Below the pieces are notes generated by a model. That model worked only from the letters and a program-made list of their open reading frames with translations, made no database searches and was not told the DNA's origin. The translations under genes and the position numbers were made by a program. This document shows, piece after piece, positions 24,213-33,569 of a stretch of 64,000 nucleotides of DNA (position 1 is its first letter; each line of letters opens with the position of its first letter). Source of the stretch: an uncultured Pseudomonadota bacterium (GTDB lineage Bacteria > Pseudomonadota > Alphaproteobacteria > Rs-D84); contig CASETE010000013.1 of the NCBI GenBank assembly GCA_949290785.1, positions 3,529 to 67,528 of the forward strand, in the 5' to 3' direction.

Positions 24213-24659
24213 TTACGAAATTTTTTGTATTCTGCGAACGCGCCTTTCTACTTCGTCAAATGGGCTTTCTAGGAAGGCCTGGGCGCAAAGGAAGGCGATT
24301 TCTATGTCTATATCGTCAGCAGACAGCGCCAGTACGTTTATGTCATCGTGGAATCTGTCGTCGCGCGCTTGTTCTGGTCGGTTACATCTGGATGCGCGCA
24401 AATGACGATAGCGGTTAGCGGCGATTTCCATCCCTGCCCCCGTTCCGCATATTAATATGCCACGAGATTTTGCATCGTTTTGCATTTCGTCGGCAAGGCT
24501 TTGTGCTATGTCGGGGAAATCTACGATTTTATTTGGGTTATCAACGCCAAGGTTTACAACAGAATATCCCGCAGCGGTTAACATTTCTATTAAATATAGT
24601 TTTAATCCCACGCCCCTGTGGTCTGAACCGATATATACTTTTGAAATTGTTTTATTCAT
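24213..24659 (-). CDS. rpiB: Ribose-5-phosphate isomerase B
   Basis: VYIGSDHRG..LK...GILICGTGAGMEIAANRY. The ATG at 24659 overlaps the bactofilin stop by 8 nt. Confidence 0.9.
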   Translation of the reverse strand: MNKTISKVYIGSDHRGVGLKLYLIEMLTAAGYSVVNLGVDNPNKIVDFPDIAQSLADEMQNDAKSRGILICGTGAGMEIAANRYRHLRASRCNRPEQARDDRFHDDINVLALSADDIDIEIAFLCAQAFLESPFDEVERRVRRIQKIS

Positions 24660-25011
24660 TCTTTTTGTCCTTTTCCTTTCTTTTGGCAAGTTTACATTCC
24701 AGACCTGTATTGCCGGTGATGTTTAGTGTATAATAAGATAATGTGCCTGTCATTTGTGCGTTACTGAACACGTTTGCAATATTTACTGTTGCCGGACCGT
24801 CAAGCATGCCGTGTAAAAACAAGTTGTTTGCGTGGACTTTGCCAACTACTTTTCCGCCGCGGCCAATTACCACTGTATCCGCAATTACGTTGCCGATAAC
24901 GTTACCGTGAATTTGAACCGTATGGTCTGTTTTTATGTCGCCGGTTAGTTTGCAACCTGCCCCGATTATTGTTGGTGATGTCTTTTCTTTTGCGTTTGTA
25001 AATGCTAACAT
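24652..25011 (-). CDS. Bactofilin (DUF583/CcmA family)
   Basis: Repetitive beta-helix pattern: IGAGCKLTGDIKTDHTVQIHGNVIGNVIADTVVIGRGGKVVGKVHANNLFLHG. Confidence 0.9.
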   Translation of the reverse strand: MLAFTNAKEKTSPTIIGAGCKLTGDIKTDHTVQIHGNVIGNVIADTVVIGRGGKVVGKVHANNLFLHGMLDGPATVNIANVFSNAQMTGTLSYYTLNITGNTGLECKLAKRKEKDKKNE

Positions 25012-25014
25012 TTT

Positions 25015-26292
25015 TTATTCCTTTACAAATTTTGACGGGTCAAACGGAACGCCTTTGTAGCGAATTTCATAGTGTAAATGCGGACCAGTAGAACGCCCGG
25101 TAGAGCCGCCAAGCCCAACAACTGTCCCAGGTCTAACCCAATCGCCGCGTGTTACCATTACTTGTGATAAATGTGCGTATAAAGTTGTAAAACCAAGACC
25201 GTGGTCAATTTCAACTGTTGTACCGTATCCTACGCGTTCGCCGGCAGAAACCACGCGACCTGGTGCAACCGCCATTAATTCTGTACCAATCTTGCCGGCA
25301 AAGTCAATTCCGCGATGGCGTTTTGGTTCGCCTGTGAACGGGTCATTGCGCATGCCGTATGAAGACGTTATTCTGACCTTGTCAACGGGGGCGCCAATTG
25401 GCAAAATGTTATTTAATTTTGATAAGCCGTGCCATAATTCTAGGTCTTCAGCCAATTTTTTATATTTTGGATCAAGTTCTTTATCAAAGTTTAGAGGACT
25501 GAATGCCGCGCCAACAAGCGGATTAGAATATTTATTTGCGTTGTTTATCAGTGTATTCTGGCTGATTCCAAGCGATGCAAGCGTGCTGTTAATATTCTTC
25601 ATGTTGTCACGCAATGCTTCTGTGTTTTCTGATGTTAGTTTTGATACCATGTCAACAATTTGGTTGTCGGCTTGACTGATTTTTTGCATGGTTTCCATCA
25701 TTTGCAAATTACGTTTCTTTAGTTCTTCGTTTTCAGCGCGCGTTAATTCAAATTCTGTTGAAAGTTCGGATAGTTTTGTATATTCAGCCATATAATCTTC
25801 GTTGGCGAACATTTCTGTTATTCGAGTGCGCAGGAAGTCCAATTCGCCCCAAGTCTTTACACGACTGTTCATCAAGTTTTCTTTATCAGCGTCGGTTAAG
25901 TTTTTCGTGTTTAAGATTTTGTCGTCTATGACGTTCAGGTTTCTGGTAAGTTCGTTATATTTTTTTAAGTATGTTTGCAAATCAGTCATTTGTCTTGCGT
26001 GTAATGCGCGGGCTTCTTCCAGTTGTTGCGTGCGTTTTTGTAACATAGGTCTGTGATATACAAAAACGTATGTGGACCAAGATGCCCATATAACTAACCC
26101 CAATTTGCCACAGAATTTGGTAAAGCGCCAAAAACTGCTTTGTTTAAATGTATAAACGTTGCCGCGCGGGGTGTCCATTACTGTAAATTCACGCGGAGGA
26201 AAAATTTTACTTATTAAGCGCCAAATAGCACGAAAAGGCGCCGTTATTAACGCCCATAAAGATGTAAAATGTCTTGTTATAAAATTAATCAT
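25015..26292 (-). CDS. Bitopic M23 (LytM) peptidase with coiled coil, LmdC-like
   Basis: N-terminal cytoplasmic tail, TM segment (LGLVIWASWSTYVFVY) and a long coiled coil. M23 motifs are HRGIDFAG...VEIDHG...YAHLS...GSTGRSTGPHLHYE. Confidence 0.9.
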   Translation of the reverse strand: MINFITRHFTSLWALITAPFRAIWRLISKIFPPREFTVMDTPRGNVYTFKQSSFWRFTKFCGKLGLVIWASWSTYVFVYHRPMLQKRTQQLEEARALHARQMTDLQTYLKKYNELTRNLNVIDDKILNTKNLTDADKENLMNSRVKTWGELDFLRTRITEMFANEDYMAEYTKLSELSTEFELTRAENEELKKRNLQMMETMQKISQADNQIVDMVSKLTSENTEALRDNMKNINSTLASLGISQNTLINNANKYSNPLVGAAFSPLNFDKELDPKYKKLAEDLELWHGLSKLNNILPIGAPVDKVRITSSYGMRNDPFTGEPKRHRGIDFAGKIGTELMAVAPGRVVSAGERVGYGTTVEIDHGLGFTTLYAHLSQVMVTRGDWVRPGTVVGLGGSTGRSTGPHLHYEIRYKGVPFDPSKFVKE

Positions 26293-26972
26293 ATCTTATT
26301 CAGTCTAGACAATACAGAGTCAATAGTCAAGCCGTCGCGTAAAACAGGCTCATAATTCATCTGCAAACCGCGGTATATAAGCGTCCCGCCCCTGCTGCCC
26401 AGGCGACCGCGAATTAATACCCTTTCTGCAAAATCTTTGGAGCCAAATAGAGGTAAAATAGTTATGTCGCCAAAAACATGTCCCATTTCAATAATGATTT
26501 TATGGCACACTTTCGCGTCAACTATCGTGCAAAAATATCCGCCAGGCTTTACCCGTGCAATGCATTTTTGGACCCATTTTTTTAGGTCAGCATTATGGTG
26601 CGCGTTATGTTTGGCGGGCGTGCCTTGAAAATAAGGAGGGTTCGTAATAACTATGTCAAATGTTTCTTGGGTTTTCCAATTAAGTATATTTTCTTGTAAT
26701 AATGATATATTTGCGTTGTTTAACTGTATATTATCGGTGCATAGTGATAGCATTTCTTGGGAAATGTCCAGTCCTGTTATGCTAATTCCTGGGTTGTGGG
26801 CCAACATACATAAAGAAACGCCACCTGTGCCAATTCCTACGTCTAGTGCTGTTTTTGCCTTGGTCGGTGCAAAAGCCGCCAACCAAACGGCATCAGATGT
26901 CGGGTTGTATAAACCGCGACGCATTTTTACTTTTCCACCCAGCAAAGTAAAAACTTCTTGTTTTTGTGTCAT
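26289..26972 (-). CDS. N6-adenine methyltransferase, TrmN6/YfiC-like
   Basis: ALDVGIGTGGVSL SAM motif and DIVITNPPYF. Its N-terminus resembles that of E. coli YfiC. The ATG at 26972 is preferred over the TTG at 26993. Confidence 0.75.
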   Translation of the reverse strand: MTQKQEVFTLLGGKVKMRRGLYNPTSDAVWLAAFAPTKAKTALDVGIGTGGVSLCMLAHNPGISITGLDISQEMLSLCTDNIQLNNANISLLQENILNWKTQETFDIVITNPPYFQGTPAKHNAHHNADLKKWVQKCIARVKPGGYFCTIVDAKVCHKIIIEMGHVFGDITILPLFGSKDFAERVLIRGRLGSRGGTLIYRGLQMNYEPVLRDGLTIDSVLSRLNKI

Positions 26973-27010
26973 ACCTATATAATAATTCAACAAAAATAAA
27001 AGGCAAGTTT

Positions 27011-28018
27011 ATGTTTGAAAATGTGGTTGTCGTACAAAGTGCTGTAAGCGCATTTAATAATGCGGCGTTGGTTGCGCCTGCTTTTTTGTGGTGGGCGATA
27101 TTGGCCCTGCCCTTGTTCGCGTTCGTTTATTTTTGTGGCAATATGTTCCTGGAACGTATCGGTTGGAAACAAAATAATTTATTAAAACCCTTTGCCTTAA
27201 CCGCGGTTGGTTTTACATTGGTGTGGATTATTTTGTTCGGTGGAAATTACGATGTTTTGCGTGACAATATAACCCTTTTGCCTTTTGTTGTTGCTGCTAT
27301 TACTTTTATGTCGGCGTTTTTTATGGGGGCTTATACCAAAGATATCAAGGTTGCCCCTTGGCGCGAATTGTCACGCGGAAATAAAATAAAACGCACATCG
27401 TTCGTTTTGCTTGTATTATTATTTGTGGGTTTGTCTGACTTACATACTTGGTGGGGACCGATTTTACAAATTGGTGCTTTGGCAGCAGGTGGAATGTTTG
27501 GCAGAAAATCTAAATATCAACCAAGTTTGGTTCCTGGGATGTTAATTGTAATGTTGGCAACGACAATTGCCATATTAATGCAACCAGAATATTTCAGATT
27601 CGGACAATTGGGTAGTTTGACGCCGTTACATCTGTTGTTTTTACTTTTTATAGGCGTATGTGCAGTTGCGACTATGGCTTTGCGTAATATCAAGCCAAGA
27701 AAACGTATAAGAAAAAGTGCGTATGTTAAATTAAAGTGGTTGGCACGTTTGATGACAGTTCTTTGTATTGCTTTATTCGTTTTTACAGAGTCCGTGCCTG
27801 TGTTCCTTGGGACTTTGGTTATGGTTGGGATTTTGTTCGCAATGTCAATCTGGCACGCTGAAGATGTGTCGCCACATATATCAGATAAAACTTTGGCTTT
27901 GGTATTAATGGCTTTTGGTACGGTAACTGTAATGCCTGTAATAACTTCGTTAGGAATATTGTATTGGATAAATACACCACAAGTAGATTTCTGGAAGCAG
28001 ATAAAATTCTTGTTATAA
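27011..28018 (+). CDS. Polytopic inner-membrane protein, function unknown
   Basis: 335 aa with about 8 hydrophobic segments. The ATG at 27011 is preceded by AAGG. No family recognised. Confidence 0.6.
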   Translation: MFENVVVVQSAVSAFNNAALVAPAFLWWAILALPLFAFVYFCGNMFLERIGWKQNNLLKPFALTAVGFTLVWIILFGGNYDVLRDNITLLPFVVAAITFMSAFFMGAYTKDIKVAPWRELSRGNKIKRTSFVLLVLLFVGLSDLHTWWGPILQIGALAAGGMFGRKSKYQPSLVPGMLIVMLATTIAILMQPEYFRFGQLGSLTPLHLLFLLFIGVCAVATMALRNIKPRKRIRKSAYVKLKWLARLMTVLCIALFVFTESVPVFLGTLVMVGILFAMSIWHAEDVSPHISDKTLALVLMAFGTVTVMPVITSLGILYWINTPQVDFWKQIKFLL

Positions 28019-28110
28019 TTTGTTATATTTCTTGAATACCAATCGGCCTTTTTATGATGTATTATCAGGCTTGTTAGTAATTAGTAATAAGAACAATAGG
28101 TCTTTAAAAA

Positions 28111-28908
28111 ATGATACATCCAACCGCTATTATTAAAGAAGGCGCTGTCATAGGGGCAGACTGCAAAATCGGTCCGTTTTGCATTGTGGGGCCAAATGTT
28201 GTTTTGGGCGATCGCGTAGAACTGATTTCAAACGTTGTAATTGACGGAAAAACTACTATTGGCGATGATTCTATTGTCTACCCTTTTGCTGTTCTTGGCG
28301 TGATGAGTCAGGATTTAAAATGGCAAGATGAATCTACTATGACGGGCCTGCGCATCGGAAAAAGATGCAAAATACGCGAATATGTAACAATACACTCTGG
28401 CACGCCAGCATCGGATGGTACCGTTATCGGAGATGATTGTCAGATTATGGTTAACGCTCATGTGGGACATGATTGCAAGGTCGGTAACAGTGTCGTTATG
28501 TCTAACTTGGTTCAAATCGCTGGACATGTAGAAATTGAAGATTTTGCGATTTTATCTGGTGGAACTATGGTTTTGCAATTTGCTCGTATTGGTAGAAACG
28601 CGTTTATTGGCGGCATGTCGGGTGTTGGTAATGACGTTTTACCTTATGCAATTTATGACGGTAATCCACGCGCCGTATATCGTACAATTAATCGTGTCGG
28701 TTTAATGCGGCACGGTTTTACTAACGAAGATATGCATGCTATACACTCTGTATATTCCGCGGTTTTTCATGGTACAGAAGGTACCGTTTCAGACAGATTG
28801 GCAAAAGTACGCAAGGAAGTAAAAAATAATAAGTATGCAATGGATGCAATTGATTTTATAGAAAATCGTTCTAAACGTGGAATTGGAACTTCTAAAAATG
28901 CAGAATAA
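28111..28908 (+). CDS. lpxA: Acyl-ACP--UDP-GlcNAc O-acyltransferase
   Basis: MIHPTAII..GA.IG....IGPFCIVG hexapeptide repeats and ...HVGHDC.VGN. Confidence 0.95.
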   Translation: MIHPTAIIKEGAVIGADCKIGPFCIVGPNVVLGDRVELISNVVIDGKTTIGDDSIVYPFAVLGVMSQDLKWQDESTMTGLRIGKRCKIREYVTIHSGTPASDGTVIGDDCQIMVNAHVGHDCKVGNSVVMSNLVQIAGHVEIEDFAILSGGTMVLQFARIGRNAFIGGMSGVGNDVLPYAIYDGNPRAVYRTINRVGLMRHGFTNEDMHAIHSVYSAVFHGTEGTVSDRLAKVRKEVKNNKYAMDAIDFIENRSKRGIGTSKNAE

Positions 28909-30037
28909 GAAAAAAATAAAAGTTTTTATTATCGCCGGCGAAGTATCCGGTGATGTATTGGGTGCCCGCATAATGCGCGAAATGCCTGATGCAGAATTTG
29001 TCGGTGTTGGCGGTGAAAATATGACGTCTGTCGGCTTGCGGTCTTTGTTCCCTATGTCTGATTTGGCTGTTATGGGGATTGTAGAGGTGTTGGCGCATGC
29101 AAAGACCCTGAAAAAAAGAATAAAAGAAACCGCAAACGCAATCATTTCAGAAAAGCCGGACGTCGTATTAACAATTGACGCACCGGGTTTTGCTAAAAAC
29201 GTTATTAAAACCGTTAGAAAATCTGAACAAGGGAAAGAGTTAATTAATAAGGGATTACGTTTTCATCATGTCGTTGCACCGCAGGTATGGGCTTGGCGCG
29301 AAGGACGTGCAAAAACATACGCACAAATTTTTGATAAGTTATATGCTTTTTTTGACTTTGAAGTTCCTTATTTTACTCGGCACGGATTGGATACAGTCGC
29401 TGTTGGACATCCAATTTCAGATGGTTTGATTGAAAGAAAAACAAAAAGAATACAATCAGGTAAGGATAAAATTATTACCCTGGTACCCGGCAGCAGAATG
29501 TCAGAGGTAAAAAGATTAATGCCTGTTTTTCAATCTGTTGCGGAAATGCTGATTGCAAATGGGTATTCTGGGTACAAGTTTGTTATCCCAACAGTTGAAA
29601 CCACAGCAGAATACGTTAAAAATCATATTAAACAGTGGAAAGTTAAACCGACTTTGATATCCAGCAGCGAAAGATATGAAGCGTATTCAAAGTCTTATAT
29701 CGCGATTGTTGTCAGTGGTACTGTCTCTGCGGAATTGGCAATGTTGCATATTCCAACGGTTGTCGTATATAAGATGAATCCTATTACAACATGGATAGGT
29801 AAAAGACTGATAAAAGTAAAGTGGGTATCGTTGGTTAATATTTTATTGAATAAAACAGTATACCCAGAAATACTTGGTTCAGATGTAAACGCGGAAAGAA
29901 TTTTAGATGCCTTTCAACAATTAACGATCCCAAGCGTAAGGGAAAAAATAATCAAGGATTTAAAAAGTGCAGATGCATTATGGCGAAAACCTGATGGTGC
30001 ACCAAGCGCATTAATTGCTGCACATGTTGTCGGATAA
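28898..30037 (+). CDS. lpxB: Lipid-A-disaccharide synthase
   Basis: KVFIIAGEVSGDVLGARIM, DAPGF and VPGSR motifs. The ATG at 28898 overlaps the lpxA stop. Confidence 0.93.
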   Translation: MQNKKKIKVFIIAGEVSGDVLGARIMREMPDAEFVGVGGENMTSVGLRSLFPMSDLAVMGIVEVLAHAKTLKKRIKETANAIISEKPDVVLTIDAPGFAKNVIKTVRKSEQGKELINKGLRFHHVVAPQVWAWREGRAKTYAQIFDKLYAFFDFEVPYFTRHGLDTVAVGHPISDGLIERKTKRIQSGKDKIITLVPGSRMSEVKRLMPVFQSVAEMLIANGYSGYKFVIPTVETTAEYVKNHIKQWKVKPTLISSSERYEAYSKSYIAIVVSGTVSAELAMLHIPTVVVYKMNPITTWIGKRLIKVKWVSLVNILLNKTVYPEILGSDVNAERILDAFQQLTIPSVREKIIKDLKSADALWRKPDGAPSALIAAHVVG

Positions 30038-30040
30038 AAT

Positions 30041-30070
30041 AAAAAAACGCCATTAGTTTGGCGTTTTTTT
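30041..30070. terminator. Bidirectional terminator between lpxB and the convergent 911-aa gene
   Basis: aaaaaaacgcca-ttagt-ttggcgttttttt. Confidence 0.75.
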
Positions 30071-30078
30071 ATTTCGGA

Positions 30079-32814
30079 TTATATGCCCAAACCTTCGGGT
30101 AGATTTGTCAATACGGTAGATGTGCCAGTTTGTTGGTCTATGGTTTCACATTGTCCGTCGGCGTTGGCAATACCATTAAATGGGCATACTTGGTTTTGTG
30201 AGCTTACAGGCTTTGTGCACCACTGTTTCGTTGTTGGTTGTGTCGTAGTGCTTGTCCAAGGTTCATAATTATTAGTCAGTGCCAAAGTGTCACAATTTTG
30301 GTCGTTTGCATCTGATGCACTTGTTGTTTGCTTTGGTGCAATTGGTAGCGCCGATACACATTTGGGGCTTTGACCATACTTACTTCTGCGGCCACCGTTT
30401 TCCCAACATAAACAAGCACCCCAAGATTGCGTGTCTACGTTCAAGTCGTAATCGCGTGGGCACATGTTTTCGTTTTCTCCGATAGAATAAATGTCGGTTA
30501 AATCTGGCATACCATTACTGCCCCCGTATTCAGTTGAATTTTCAAAGGTTGCCACGCATAATTCATCTTCTTTATATAGCCCGTCTTTGATAAATTGCAG
30601 TTCTACAAACCGACCCTGCAAGTTAATGCATTGTGTACTTAATATGTCTACGACTTGGTTATAAATTTCTGTCGCTACGCCGGTTGAACGAGGTGTGTGG
30701 TGTGAAAGTACACGTTTTTGACGTACGGTATTTGGTGCCACAGTAACGTCGGATTCTTCTGTCGCAAGTAAGCCATAGCGTCTAAATGTCGTTGTTATAT
30801 CGGTGTCTTCATCGGTTAACAAATAAAATACAGATTCGTTTTGATGCTTGCCCTTGCCTGCGGTTATTACATCAAACCCGCCGAATGCTTTTTCCATCAT
30901 CTCGGGCGAACTGCAAGAGTCAATGCTCTGTAATTGTTTTGCGCATTCTGATACCGGTTTGCTTGTGTCACGATTACCGTTTTCGTCATATTCGTACAAA
31001 GTAAACCATTGTAATGCCTGGCCCTTTTTAAATACACCGCTATATGGATAATAAAAGTTTTCATAGTTTGAACCGCCAAAACTGTCAAAGCACTGTTTGA
31101 CGACAGCCCTGCATGCTGTCAGGGTATCGGTGTCTTTTCTGTTGTTTATATAGTCCGCAATTATGTCACCAGAATTTTCATAAAACATCATGTTGCAAGA
31201 GTCAATATAATCACGGCAAATTTCAGTAGTTAAAGCGACTTTATCGGGTTGTAATAAAATGCTGCTGTCGTCACCTGTTAATTCCTTCATTGCATCCGTC
31301 AGTGCGGCGTCACTGTTTACGTAACACGCAGACACAAAATCAAAGCAGCCTTGTTTGATTTCTTCAACTTTTGATTTCTGGGCATAGTATATTGCCAGCA
31401 AGGCTTTATCAAGATATTCTTCCCAGACTACATCGGCCTGCTCTGTACACTTGTCCAATGCTGGTTCGGCGAATTTTTTTACGCGTTTTTCAAAGTTTTG
31501 CACAAAAGATTTATTAGATGTAACCTTGGATAATTTTTGTTGTGCAGCATCAACGCCGTCTGCAAATTTTAATAAATTTCCCAGTTCATAGAACTTTTCA
31601 ACACCCGCGATTGGTTTGCCCGTTGATACGTCTATGAATTCACCGTTATCCAAACATTTATGATAACCTGCCCCGCAGACCTCTTCGCTGAGTATCGCGG
31701 CTTCTACATTATTTACACACGTGGTAATGTCGTCAGAATTATGCTTTTGTCTGTTTTCTACGCGTGCCAAGTCCAACAGCGCGCTACTTTCACGGACCGC
31801 CGATTTCATTTCTTTTTGTTGCTGTTCTATGGCAGATTCAACGGTGTTACAGTCTTGTTCTATTGCCATTAAGTAAGCGGTTATCGCGCGTTGTAATTGC
31901 GCGTCTGTACAATCTGATTTGACGGCCTGACGACATTGCGGATAAACGGCGTTATATAAATTTTGACCGTTATAAGTGGCGATGATTTGGCCGGAATCGG
32001 CGGTGCCAAACGCGTTAACCGCATCAAACGATAAATTAATGCTGTTTAAGTCCGAATATTTGCCGCCGACGAAAGTGTCTTCGCCACGAATGGAATTCAT
32101 GATTGCTTGTAACAACGCCTTTGATGCAGACGTGTCAGAAGTTAAGGCGTTTTCCCCTTCGGATGCCGTTTTCATGGCCAATGCTTGCGCCGCCGTCATG
32201 CCGACGACATCAAGGTTTTCTGTAAATTCTGTCAGTTGGTTCCCAGCATCTTGCATTACATTGCGTACCTCGGTCAGTTCAAACACGCGGTTGCTGCAAG
32301 AACAACGTCTGTAATCATCGTTTTTTAAACTGCAAAATTGATCCATACATGTGAAATAAGCGTTTTTACATTGTTCGTATGCCGCCCCCGTGCGAGTTTC
32401 TGTTATTATGTCAGCAGTTTGATCTATTGCGGCCCTGGACACGTTTTGCGCTTGGGGGCGCGATGTAACGTTATTGGTTTTCGGCGTAATTGCAGAACGA
32501 GAAACGGTTGTAGATGCACTTCGCGATGCGTTAGTTGCGTTTGTTTTTGTGACAACGTTTTGTCTTTGAGCAGTTGTGCGTATTGCAGTGCGGCCAGCAC
32601 CAGCAGATATAGTGTTTGTTGCGTTTCGTGTAGAAATATTTGTGTTGTTCGTTCTGTTGGTTGTTGCGGTTCGTGCCGTTACATTTGCGACCGTGTTCGT
32701 TCCGCGTTCTGTAACGCTTGTTTGACGATTGGTCGCGTTTTCATCACGCACGGCAGCCGTTGCATAGGTCGCGCAAATCAAAGCTGAAAATATAAAAAAC
32801 AGAATTTTTTTCAT
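30079..32814 (-). CDS. 911-aa secreted Cys-rich protein with a T/N/R/A-rich low-complexity N-terminal region
   Basis: Signal peptide MKKILFFIFSALICATYATA, then about 130 aa of TN/RT-rich repeats, then a Cys-rich body (many paired Cys). No family recognised. Confidence 0.7.
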   Translation of the reverse strand: MKKILFFIFSALICATYATAAVRDENATNRQTSVTERGTNTVANVTARTATTNRTNNTNISTRNATNTISAGAGRTAIRTTAQRQNVVTKTNATNASRSASTTVSRSAITPKTNNVTSRPQAQNVSRAAIDQTADIITETRTGAAYEQCKNAYFTCMDQFCSLKNDDYRRCSCSNRVFELTEVRNVMQDAGNQLTEFTENLDVVGMTAAQALAMKTASEGENALTSDTSASKALLQAIMNSIRGEDTFVGGKYSDLNSINLSFDAVNAFGTADSGQIIATYNGQNLYNAVYPQCRQAVKSDCTDAQLQRAITAYLMAIEQDCNTVESAIEQQQKEMKSAVRESSALLDLARVENRQKHNSDDITTCVNNVEAAILSEEVCGAGYHKCLDNGEFIDVSTGKPIAGVEKFYELGNLLKFADGVDAAQQKLSKVTSNKSFVQNFEKRVKKFAEPALDKCTEQADVVWEEYLDKALLAIYYAQKSKVEEIKQGCFDFVSACYVNSDAALTDAMKELTGDDSSILLQPDKVALTTEICRDYIDSCNMMFYENSGDIIADYINNRKDTDTLTACRAVVKQCFDSFGGSNYENFYYPYSGVFKKGQALQWFTLYEYDENGNRDTSKPVSECAKQLQSIDSCSSPEMMEKAFGGFDVITAGKGKHQNESVFYLLTDEDTDITTTFRRYGLLATEESDVTVAPNTVRQKRVLSHHTPRSTGVATEIYNQVVDILSTQCINLQGRFVELQFIKDGLYKEDELCVATFENSTEYGGSNGMPDLTDIYSIGENENMCPRDYDLNVDTQSWGACLCWENGGRRSKYGQSPKCVSALPIAPKQTTSASDANDQNCDTLALTNNYEPWTSTTTQPTTKQWCTKPVSSQNQVCPFNGIANADGQCETIDQQTGTSTVLTNLPEGLGI

Positions 32815-32919
32815 CTCTTATATTTTATCTTAGCAAAATACAGAAATTTAGAGCAAGCACAAATTAATAAAATTTTTTACGACGAAAAGCGAAAAAATAT
32901 TTCTGATGCGATTTTCTTG

Positions 32920-32948
32920 TTGCAAAATGCGATAAGTTGCGTTATTAT
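32920..32948 (+). promoter_or_regulatory. Sigma70-like promoter of the tRNA cluster
   Basis: TTGCAA (32920-32925), 17-nt spacer, TATTAT (32943-32948), about 15 nt before the first tRNA. Confidence 0.55.
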
Positions 32949-32962
32949 GCACAAAGTTTTGT

Positions 32963-33049
32963 GGGCATATGGCGGAATTGGTAGACGCGCTAGTTTCAGG
33001 TACTAGTGGTAGCGATACCTTGGAAGTTCGAGTCTTCTTATGCCCACCA
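32963..33049 (+). tRNA. tRNA-Leu (anticodon CAG)
   Basis: Acceptor GGGCATA/TATGCCC, D arm GCG-GAATTGGTAGA-CGC, anticodon loop ttCAGgt, long variable arm, T loop TTCGAGT, encoded CCA. Confidence 0.92.
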
Positions 33050-33056
33050 TAAGAGT

Positions 33057-33132
33057 GGGGTTGTAGCTCAGTTGATAGAGCGCTACGTTCGCATCGTAGA
33101 GGTCGTGGGTTTGAGTCCCATCAGCTCCACCA
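33057..33132 (+). tRNA. tRNA-Ala (anticodon CGC), non-canonical A19/U56
   Basis: G3:U70 acceptor GGGGTTG/CAGCTCC, anticodon loop ttCGCat, D loop AGTTGATA, T loop TTTGAGT, encoded CCA. Confidence 0.88.
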
Positions 33133-33147
33133 GTTTTAAAGGTTGCA

Positions 33148-33234
33148 GGGGATATGGCGGAATGGTAGACGCTGAGGACTTAAAATCCTTTGGTTATTGC
33201 AACCGTGTGGGTTCAAGTCCCACTATCCCCACCA
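33148..33234 (+). tRNA. tRNA-Leu (anticodon UAA)
   Basis: Acceptor GGGGATA/TATCCCC, anticodon loop ctTAAaa, long variable arm, T loop TTCAAGT, encoded CCA. Confidence 0.92.
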
Positions 33235-33241
33235 CCTATTT

Positions 33242-33262
33242 AACCGCCTTATGCGGTTTTTT
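33242..33262 (+). terminator. Hairpin + T-run between tRNA-Leu(UAA) and tRNA-Val
   Basis: aaccgc-cttat-gcggtttttt, ending 8 nt before tRNA-Val. Confidence 0.55.
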
Positions 33263-33270
33263 ATATTTCG

Positions 33271-33347
33271 GGATGTGTAGCTCAGTTGGTTAGAGCGCTT
33301 CGTTCACATCGAAGAGGTCGTTGGTCCGAGTCCAATCACATCCACCA
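33271..33347 (+). tRNA. tRNA-Val (anticodon CAC), non-canonical C55
   Basis: Acceptor GGATGTG/CACATCC, anticodon loop ttCACat, T loop TCCGAGT, encoded CCA. Confidence 0.85.
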
Positions 33348-33569
33348 CAAAAATTTTATATGCTTGATTTTTCCTTGGATTTATGAATTACCCAGCCGAT
33401 ATTCGGGAACTAAATCCGCGCGATATTCCTGATTTTGATATTTTATATATGACTTGTTTAGAAACACAGGTTATTCGTTCAATATAAAGTAATAAACGAG
33501 AAATCTTTGTAGAGATTTTATTTATTTATAAATATTGGCTTGTCTTTTATAAAGTTTGCATTCTAAGAT

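Noticed and set aside
23443-24418. ORFs in tract C (23443-23670 minus; 24040-24405 and 24119-24418 plus).
   Set aside because: They are low-complexity, lack an RBS, and the latter two run antisense into rpiB. I treat them as non-coding.
33006-33293. 95-aa ORF spanning the tRNA cluster.
   Set aside because: It is entirely composed of tRNA-Leu/Ala/Leu sequence read as protein.
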